DNA of 64,000 nucleotides from Nanobdellota archaeon (GTDB lineage Archaea; Nanobdellota; Nanobdellia; Pacearchaeales; GW2011-AR1): NCBI GenBank assembly GCA_038045185.1, contig JBBSYO010000007.1, positions 18 to 64,017 of the forward strand, read 5' to 3'. Shown piece by piece: positions 35,841 to 42,800 of this stretch (position 1 is its first letter; each line of letters starts with the position of its first letter). The notes under the pieces were generated by a model. It saw only the letters and a program-made list of their open reading frames with translations, ran no database searches and was not told where the DNA came from. The position numbers and the translations under genes were made by a program.

Positions 35841-37808
35841 TTTTTCAAGTAAAATCTAACTTAAATAATTGTGTTTCAATTATTCAGGAGTTCCAGCAAA
35901 TAGTCGAGTTTATCGAGGCCCTTAGTATCGCTAAGCCTCATAGTTAGGCCCGCCGTTTCACGGGTCTTAGCCCCCTTGTACGGAGGTTTGAAACACCGCG
36001 ACTGGGCAGGTCTCACCGATTATACACATCTTTTCAGATTCGCAATCGGCTACGTTTTTGATAAACAGTCGGGCGGTCCTTGTCACTGCGATCTACCGTT
36101 GCCCTCTAATATCAAGGACAACTATAGACACCCTTTCTACCGAAGCTACAGGGCTAATTATGCCGAATTCCCTAAGCCAGTTTAACCTTACACGTCTTGG
36201 CCTATTCAGCCTGAGCACCAGTGTCAGTTCTAGGTACGGCTTGTGTCTTGCTCCCTATGTACGTTTCACGGGCTCCAGGAATCAACTGATCGCTTGCTGC
36301 GATTCGACGACTTCTTATCATGACGATCCATCATCTTCGCACAACACATCCCTCTCGAGATGCAGCGTATCCCGAAGCGCACACATAGTTCGACGCTCCA
36401 CACAAGTTCCGGAATATTAACCGGATTTCCATTCGCGTTCCGCAGTTAAGGGAACACTTAGGCACCGACTAACCCTCGGTTAACATATAGTGCCGAGGAA
36501 ACCGTGCTCTTTCGACGCTATCCATTCTCAGGATAATCTGATCTTACTAACACCAGGATTTTCATTCCGTCCCGCTCCATCATTCCTCTCGGAAAGACTT
36601 CTGCGCAGAACAGACGCCTGCTTACCAGAATACGCTTGCGCGTACCTCTGGGGTATCGGTGGCATGCTTAGCCCCGTCCATCTTCAGGGCCTCGAACCTC
36701 AACGAATGAGCTGTTACGCTTTCTTTAAATGATGGCTGCTTCTAAGCCTACATCTCCGCTGTCTTAGGTTCAAGACTCCTTTTGTTACACTTAGCATACA
36801 CTTTGGGACCTTAACCCCAGTCTTCTTTGTTCTGATCTCGCGACAGTACCTTACGCACCGACGCCCACTCCCCATGTAAGTAGTCAACAGGTTCTGAGTT
36901 GGAATAAGCTTCGTAGCCGTTCGGCTCTGCAAGCTTCATCCGTACTTTACCCCGTCGACGAACACATAGAGGCTATACTGAGGCATAATTCAGCAGGAAC
37001 CAGCCATCGCCGGACTAGATAGGCTTTTCACCCCTAATCGTGGCTCATCCAAGAGCTTGTACACATCACTGGTTCGGGCCTCCATTCTCCTTTCGGAGAA
37101 CTTCGCCCTGGCCACGAATAGATCGACCGGCTTCGGGTCTGACTCACGTGACTCGCGCCCTTTCAGACTCGCTTTCGCTGCGGCTTCCTTGCGTTAACCT
37201 CGCCACATGAGTAAACTCCCTGGCCCATTTTTCAACACGTACGTTACAACACCGTAATGCAGTAACCATCATGTAACTCATTGATTTCAAGTCTTTTAAC
37301 CCTCGGTTAAGAGTACTTTTCAGCATTCCCTCGCGGTACTAGTTCACTATCGGACTCGGGTCAATATTTAGGGTTAGCGGTTAATCCCGCTGTATTCGGA
37401 CTTCCGATCTAGGGAGCCCTATTCTTTTAGTGCACAGCATGGTAAGTTCATTTACGGGGCTATCACCCTCTAAGACGCCGCGTTCCAGCGAACTTCAATT
37501 CCTTACCGAAGCCTTAACACCACCACATCTCTGCCGTCTTTTCAAACGGAGATTCAGTTTGCCCTCTTCCCCTTTCGCTCGCTGCTAATCAGGGAATCAC
37601 AGTTGTTTTCTTTTCCTGCCGGTACTAAGATGTTTCAATTCCCAGCGTGTATTTGCCTCTCGGCATTCCTCTAAGAGGAACGTTTTCACATTCGGAGATC
37701 CTGGGTTCAAAGCTCGCATGCAGCTCCCCCAGGCTTATCGCAGCTTGCCACGTCCTTCTTCACAACCCGAGCCAAGCTATCCATCAATGAGTATGTAAGA
37801 TGATAATG

Positions 37809-37957
37809 TCAAGGAACTTTATATTGTTCCTTGAGCATCCAAAACACGAGTGCGTTAGCACATCGTGTTTTTGATTCTTTTTACAGAATTATCAATAATA
37901 TTATGTCACGAACTCGCGTTCGTGAACACCCAAAAAACGATATTCGTTTTTTGAGTC
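37809..37957. repeat. Hairpin units of the dispersed family inside the 23S 5' spacer
   Basis: The sequence runs TCAAGGAAC-TTTATATT-GTTCCTTGA, GCATCC, AAAACACGA...TCGTGTTTT, then CACGAAC-TCGC-GTTCGTGA, ACACCC, AAAAAACGA-TATT-CGTTTTTT. Confidence 0.75.
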
Positions 37958-38250
37958 CTATGGATATTCTTTTGCCTGCGTACGCGCGTCATTGAATATG
38001 ATGTCCAGGATGACATTCCCAGACTCCTCTGGTCTATCAGAGGGATTCTCTACATGATACACAGCGCATCGCTGTGCACCACTGCATCCGAAGATGCTAC
38101 CATATACGCTATGGTGAGCGTTCATCCACTAAAGGAGTGAATATGATATGAAACTAAAACGTCGACGATAGATAATCCGAGCAAGTTCAACCCACTCTTG
38201 CTGCGAAGCTCCTCACTTCGTTGCGGGCTTTCTCGCTGCGGTGAGTGAAC

Positions 38251-38321
38251 TGGACCCACCGCGAATCGAACGCGGATTTCCCCGTTGCAAACGGGGTGTT
38301 CTACCACTAGACTATGGGCCC
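38251..38321 (-). tRNA. tRNA-Ala (UGC) in the 16S-23S spacer
   Basis: The reverse complement is GGGCCCAUAGUCUAGUGGUAGAACACCCCGUUUGCAACGGGGAAAUCCGCGUUCGAUUCGCGGUGGGUCCA. It has a G3-U70 pair, anticodon loop UU-UGC-AA and A73. Confidence 0.9.
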
Positions 38322-38414
38322 TTACGACCTTTCGTCTTCGTCGGTTTTTAATTCTTTGTGTGAATCCTCGCACTCTGTGAGCGCGATTCATGTACCTTAG
38401 TGTTAATCGTGACG

Positions 38415-38476
38415 TCAGGAATGCTCGATTGAACGTTGCATTCCTGAGCGCCCAAAGGTCTCGAAAGACTTTTGAG
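38415..38476. repeat. Hairpin unit of the dispersed family in the 16S 3' spacer
   Basis: TCAGGAATGC...GCATTCCTGA, GCGCCC, AAAGGTCT-CGAA-AGACTTT, TGAG. Confidence 0.65.
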
Positions 38477-38478
38477 TG

Positions 38479-38496
38479 GTATGCATAATACTACGT
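38479..38496. promoter_or_regulatory. 16S processing-stem arm (pairs with 42571-42588)
   Basis: GTATGCATAATACTACGT is the exact reverse complement of 42571-42588. The 18-bp helix brackets the 16S gene. Confidence 0.7.
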
Positions 38497-38757
38497 CTTG
38501 AATATAATTTTGTGTTCCGTTTATAAAATAAATTTAGGAGGTGATCCATCCGCAGGTTCCCCTACGGATACCTTGTGACGACTTAACCTACCTTGTCTTA
38601 CATAGATTCGTCCCTGACGGGCCTCGTCAGTGCAAAACTCGGTTGGTTTGACGGGCATTTCCTTTTTCACTCATTTTATTGAGTTACTTGGTTCCCCACA
38701 GTACAGACGGTTTTCCCGTATACTGCGAGCCCGAAATGTTTTATTATCTATAAAGAA

Positions 38758-38985
38758 TTAAGCAGAAACTTTTTGTTCTAATGGTTGTATAGTTATTCTA
38801 AAACCATCTATTTCAATCGGAGTGACCATATAAGGTATAAAACAAGAGAGATGTTCTCTTTCATTCCATCTTCTTATGGCCTCTTCCGGGGTTCTTCCCA
38901 CTTCAAAACCCCTATAACTCAAAATAGGGGGATCACGAGAAGAATCAATTTCGTCTATCCTATATAAACTTAATTCATTTCCCAT
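38758..38985 (-). CDS. Hypothetical 75-aa protein inside 16S insertion A
   Basis: ORF on the rRNA sense strand. No motif was recognised. Confidence 0.35.
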   Translation of the reverse strand: MGNELSLYRIDEIDSSRDPPILSYRGFEVGRTPEEAIRRWNEREHLSCFIPYMVTPIEIDGFRITIQPLEQKVSA

Positions 38986-39146
38986 AGCTTCTATTGTACT
39001 TAAAACTATTTAAATTCTATTACACTTCGGTTGGTTCCCTTCATCTTCTATTAATAGAAAACTACTATGAAATCAGCTGACTTCCTGTTGTAATTATTAA
39101 ATTCTGATAAAGACTTAAAATATTTGAAGAATAAAAAAACTTAGAT

Positions 39147-39282
39147 GGGCTGGTCGTGTCAAAAACTTACTAGTTTTTGAGCACCATCAAGAATTAAAGC
39201 AAATTCTCAGAATTCTTGAGGTCTAATGATAAGACTCTTGGCTCTCTACCTTGAAATCCGGGTTTGATTCCCGGCCAGTCCA
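39147..39282 (+). ncRNA. tRNA-like cloverleaf, copy 1 (Ala-type acceptor, CUC anticodon loop), interrupted by a 65-nt hairpin insert
   Basis: Acceptor GGGCUGG/CCAGUCC with G3-U70 and A73. D arm GUCU-AAUGAUA-AGAC, anticodon loop CU-CUC-UA, T arm CCGGG-UUUGAUU-CCCGG. An AT-rich TATA-like box lies about 28 nt upstream. Confidence 0.55.
39156..39220. mobile_element. 65-nt two-hairpin insert (dispersed hairpin family) within tRNA-like copy 1
   Basis: TCAAAAACT-TACT-AGTTTTTGA followed by TCAAGAAT...ATTCTTGA. It is absent from the otherwise colinear copy 2 at 40063-40133. Confidence 0.7.
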
Positions 39283-40062
39283 TCTAATACTTTATTTAGC
39301 TCTTTAAAATATATAAATCTTTCTAAACAGGATCTCCTTGGGTCACTTACAAAACTGTTTCATTCATCCTCGTATAGATTTTGTTTTTGATTTCCACCTA
39401 CCACCGACCCGTTATAGGTGTCATCAATCTATGTTATTCCTTGCGGAATACGGGCTGAACTTTGTCTCAGGCCCTTCAGCGTTTTCCTTACGGAACAACG
39501 CCTGCCATTTTGACTATATATTTGGATTTTCACCAACTAGCTTCGTAAGCTGCCAAGCACATTTATTTCGGTGTGTGCAAGGAGCAGTGACATATTCACC
39601 GTTCTCTGATGAAGAACGATTACTACGGATTCCAGCGTCATGAGGGTGAGTTGCAACCCTCAATCTGAACTAGGCTGCAGATTATGAGATTGGCTTCTCC
39701 TTTCGGAGTGGCGACCCATTGAATGCAGCATTGCCGCGCGTGTGTAGCCCAGGGCATTCGGGGCGTACTCACCTAACGTAGCCCGTACCTTCCTCCCGGT
39801 TACCCGGGCAGTCTGTACAGTGTGCACGAAGCAACTGTACACGCGGGTCTCGCCTGTTACCAGATTTAACTGGTCACTTCACAGCACAGGCTGACGTCGG
39901 CCATGCACCTCCTCTCAGCGTGTCAGGTAAGCCCTTCAGACTGACCTTCATTCTGCTGTCGGTCCTGGTGAGGTTCACGGTGTAGAATCTAATTGACATT
40001 TGTGTTACAACTGTTAAAATGTTATAATAATTTAAATGCTTCAAAGAATAAAAAACATAGAT

Positions 40063-40133
40063 GGGCAGATCGTCTAATGATAAGACGCTGGACTCTCAAT
40101 CTTGAAATCCGGGTTTGATTCCCGGGCTGTCCA
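40063..40133 (+). ncRNA. tRNA-like cloverleaf, copy 2 (Ala-type acceptor, CUC anticodon loop)
   Basis: 71 nt with acceptor GGGCAGA/GCUGUCC, G3-U70 and A73. D arm GUCU-AAUGAUA-AGAC, anticodon arm CUGGA-CUCUCAA-UCUUG, T arm CCGGG-UUUGAUU-CCCGG. TTTAAAT lies about 29 nt upstream. Confidence 0.55.
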
Positions 40134-40246
40134 TCTAATACATTCTATTAATCAATGAAATATATAAATCTTTCTCTTAACAGCGAATTGTTATTTCTAA
40201 CAATTACCTTATGTCTCCATAAGGATCGGACTATATCTTCACTAAT

Positions 40247-40615
40247 TTAATAAATTAGCTTCTGGCATGTAGTCTCTGAGGGTTCTAGAATCAATTGGCA
40301 AGTTTTTCTAAAGGAATTACCATCATATTCTAATGTTCTTCTTAAGGACACCGGTACTAATCTCTCATATTCAGGTATTAATCTCTCTAAAGCATCTCTT
40401 GCTCCATCTATAACATATGGGGTATAGGCTCCCTTTTTCCTTGAACTTTGAAATAACTCATCAAGCACGGGAATGGTCTGTCCAGCCAATTCTTCATCTC
40501 TCTGATTTATAGCGTTCATCAATGAGCGCCACCTTTTAAGCATAGAATTATGTGCTCGTACTATCTTCACAATTCTATTATCCGTATAAATTCTTATCAT
40601 ACGAATAACATTCAA
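40247..40615 (-). CDS. Hypothetical 122-aa protein in the endonuclease position of insertion B
   Basis: ORF on the rRNA sense strand. Its stop lies 5 nt before the J8/7-like motif. No nuclease motif was recognised. Confidence 0.45.
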   Translation of the reverse strand: MNVIRMIRIYTDNRIVKIVRAHNSMLKRWRSLMNAINQRDEELAGQTIPVLDELFQSSRKKGAYTPYVIDGARDALERLIPEYERLVPVSLRRTLEYDGNSFRKTCQLILEPSETTCQKLIY

Positions 40616-40790
40616 TAAGCCAATATATAAATATTTCTATTCGTTACCTTTTTAAAGTAACACTAATTTTCTAGCCTTCCCTGCGGATTTTCTCTATTCT
40701 TTGGATTTTTAGTAATCATTAATCTCTCGCGAAATTAACTTCCTACCAAAGACTTAACGAGACGTTCCCGCAAATAGCCAAATTTTTTTC

Positions 40791-41219
40791 TTAACGTTCT
40801 TGCTCTAATTCTTTTAAGAGTTCCTTAGGCGTCTTTACTCTATCTGGAATTATTGACTTCAGTATTTTATCTCCAGAAAAGATATTGCAATTAAACTTTA
40901 AAGCCAGAGCAAGATAAGGAACATCTTTTTCGTGTCCTTTCAAAATCATCCTTGCTTCTTCGACTTTATCCTGAAAAATGTTCTCTTGGATAAACTTTAT
41001 CTGTCTCTCTATAAAAATAAGAGCTTTCTCAGCTTCTTTCAGCGTATAGCTTGTTCTTTGAGCTATCTCCGAAGTATATTTACCCAACTCTATATAAAGA
41101 AACTCTGGAGCAATAAATTCGTATTTCTTCTTTTGCGCATTTAGCTTAAATATATTTGAAGAATTACCTATGCCAAGTATTGCTGAGAAAATAACGTTAA
41201 TATCCACAACTAAGAACAT
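40791..41219 (-). CDS. PIN-domain (VapC-like) nuclease inside 16S insertion B
   Basis: 142 aa. The N-terminal MFLVVDINVIFSAIL and the C-terminal DVPYLALALKFNCNIFSGDKIL are typical of PIN toxins. Confidence 0.75.
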   Translation of the reverse strand: MFLVVDINVIFSAILGIGNSSNIFKLNAQKKKYEFIAPEFLYIELGKYTSEIAQRTSYTLKEAEKALIFIERQIKFIQENIFQDKVEEARMILKGHEKDVPYLALALKFNCNIFSGDKILKSIIPDRVKTPKELLKELEQER

Positions 41220-41220
41220 C

Positions 41221-41460
41221 TTAAAGATTGTATTTCTTTTTGTGATGTTCCCACATTGCCGTATTAATTTTATCGCTTAATTCCTCTACATCTTTTTCAG
41301 TCGCTTTAGATTTTGAGACAATTCTCTCAAATTCTTCAATTTCCTCTAGCTCTTGAAGACTCTTTTTAATAGCATTTGCTATTAAAATAGACAATCCTAC
41401 CTTGAGCATATTTGCTCTTTGCTCTAACTCATCTGGAATTTCTATCTCTATCTTTTTCAT
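41221..41460 (-). CDS. Antitoxin-like 79-aa helical protein coupled to the PIN gene
   Basis: Its stop is 1 nt from the PIN ATG. The sequence is acidic and helical (IEIEIPDELEQRANMLKVGLSILIANAIKKSLQELEEIEEFERI). Confidence 0.5.
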   Translation of the reverse strand: MKKIEIEIPDELEQRANMLKVGLSILIANAIKKSLQELEEIEEFERIVSKSKATEKDVEELSDKINTAMWEHHKKKYNL

Positions 41461-42690
41461 ATAATTCCCAAAAGTTCTAACTTAATAAACTCTTCGTTGA
41501 GCAGAACGTTAATTGTGCGGCAATATAATTCACCGCACGCGTCACCCGTTGTAGTACTCCCCCGCCAATTCCTTTAAGTTTCGGTCTTGCGACTATACTT
41601 CCCAGGTAGCACACTCTCCGGCTTCCCTACAGCACTGAGACCTCTCGAAGAGGCCCCAATGTTCAGTGTGCAGTGTTTACTGCTAGGACTACATGGGTAT
41701 CTAATCCACTTTGCGCCCCTAGCCTTCATCCCTCACCGTCGGATCCGTGCTCGTAACGTGCCTTCGCGGTTGTTAGTCCGTACAGGATCAACCCATTTTA
41801 CCGGTACTCTGTACGTACTCGTTACGCCTCCCGGTCCCTAGCTCTGCAGTATCTCCCGCTCGTCGACCCTTGAGAGGCCGGATTTCACAGGAGACTTACG
41901 AAGCTGGCTACGGATGTTTTAGACCCAACAAATGTGGTTGCGACTTGGACTGCGGGGATTACCGCGGCGGCTGGCACCCGTCTCTCCCAGTCCTTATTCT
42001 TACGCCTTTTTACAGCGCAAAAAAGTTGTTCAAAATACTGAGCAACACGTTGGCTTACTCTGTCACGCTTGCGCGCATTGCAGAAGTTTCCCGACTGCTG
42101 CACCCCGTAGGGCTGGGAGTAGTGTCTCAGACTCCCTCTCAGGGTTTCCTCGCTAAAGGCCCTTATGGATCATCGGCTTGGTGGGCTATTACCCCGCCAA
42201 CTACCTAATCCACCGCAGCCCCATCCTCACAACATCGTTCAGCGATTCCACATTCCAGTAGGTATCGCCTATCGGTGCTTAGCCTCAGTTTCCCGAGGGT
42301 ATCACCGGCGTGAGGGCAGGTTAGCTACGTGTTACTGAGCAGTACGCCTTCTTTCGAAAGACTTGCATGTCTAAGTGTAAACCAACGAGCCGCAACCGCC
42401 AGCAGGATAAACTGGATTTAGAATATGATTATCATATCTAGGAAACATCGTTTCTAACGCGATGGAGATTTCACGGAAGAGTCCGCTAATCTACTATCCT
42501 GAACACACAACCTCCAATATTGATTGTTAAAAGATGTGATGAGTATTGACGGTCACAGAAAAATATTACAACGTAGTATTATGCATACATCATACCCAAG
42601 CATACGTCCGTCGACAAAAACGTCGCGCAACGCTTAACTAAGGCACTCATCACGATTAACATCTTAGGTAAGTTTTTTGTGCTCGGATAG

Positions 42691-42700
42691 TATTTAAACC
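42691..42700 (-). promoter_or_regulatory. Candidate TATA box of the rRNA operon
   Basis: GGTTTAAATA on the minus strand, about 100 nt upstream of the outer 16S processing-stem arm. Confidence 0.35.
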
Positions 42701-42800
42701 TTGTGCCGCTGCGACGACGCGCAAGGTCTTGTAAGATTAAGACACGATCGGTTAGCTTGCCATTACGGATTATTTAAATATGTTCTAAAGGTATTATTTT

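Larger units (their letters stand above)
33950..35930 (-). mobile_element. ~2-kb composite insertion in 23S (E. coli ~1915-1931 region) with two group-I-like cores and five sense-strand ORFs
   Basis: The exon resumes at ...CATAGTTAGGCCCGCCGTTTCAC (35938 onward) and ...GGCATTACGCT (to about 33951). A short CGCT duplication blurs the boundaries by about +/-10 nt. Core motifs lie at 35890-35905 / 35295-35309 and at 35149-35164 / 34246-34260. Confidence 0.75.
32591..37795 (-). rRNA. rrl: 23S (LSU) rRNA, interrupted by two insertions (ends approximate)
   Basis: Several reverse-complement landmarks are present: GCTTAGATGCTTTCAGC (about 32710), the sarcin-ricin loop GTTCCTCTCGTACTAG (about 32796) and ACGTTCTTAACCCAGC (33303). 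The 5'-domain motif GAAGGACGUGGCAAGCUGCGAUAAGCC lies near 37745. Exons total about 2.8 kb. Confidence 0.95.
38657..39569 (-). mobile_element. ~0.9-kb insertion A in 16S (E. coli ~1390-1400 region)
   Basis: It splits GACGGGC from GGTGTGTGCAAGG. The sense-strand 5' part has UNCG/GNRA hairpins (AGCU-UACG-AAGCU, UUCC-GUAA-GGAA, UUCC-GCAA-GGAA). It carries a 75-aa ORF and a tRNA-like element on the opposite strand. Confidence 0.7.
39995..41530 (-). mobile_element. ~1.5-kb insertion B in 16S (E. coli ~955-965 region) with group-I-like core, PIN-type TA pair and a 122-aa ORF
   Basis: It splits ...GGTGTAGAATCTAATT from CACCGCACGCGTCACCC. An AATT duplication blurs the boundary by 4 nt. Core motifs are GGCUAUUUGCGGGAAC (40764-40779) and GAAGAUAUAGUCCGA (40227-40242). 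These are followed by P9-like hairpins CCUUAUG-GAGA-CAUAAGG and AAUUGUUA-GAAA-UAACAAUU. Confidence 0.75.
38536..42418 (-). rRNA. rrs: 16S (SSU) rRNA, interrupted by two insertions
   Basis: Reverse-complement landmarks include the 3' end AGGAGGTGATCCATCCGCAGGTTCCCCTACGG and GACGGGC|GGTGTGTGCAAGG. Also present are CCCCCGCCAATTCCTTTAAGTTTC, TTACCGCGGCGGCTGGCAC and the 5' end ...GCCAGCAGGATAAACTGGATT. Exons total about 1.4 kb. Confidence 0.95.

Noticed and set aside
35976..37326. Track ORFs 35976..36185, 36058..36420, 36490..36732, 36714..36932 and 37144..37326
   Set aside because: They fall inside the 5' two thirds of the 23S rRNA gene and are artefacts of an open frame in GC-richer rRNA sequence.
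38122..38391. 89-aa ORF in the 16S-23S spacer
   Set aside because: It overlaps the clear tRNA-Ala(UGC) gene and spacer hairpins.
39338..39842. Track ORFs 39338..39643 and 39660..39842
   Set aside because: They overlap 16S exon sequence and the structured 5' part of insertion A. They have no coding features.
41587..42208. Track ORFs 41587..41841, 41870..42208, 41885..42103 and 41932..42156
   Set aside because: They lie inside the 5' half of the 16S rRNA gene, which contains the 515-530 loop sequence.
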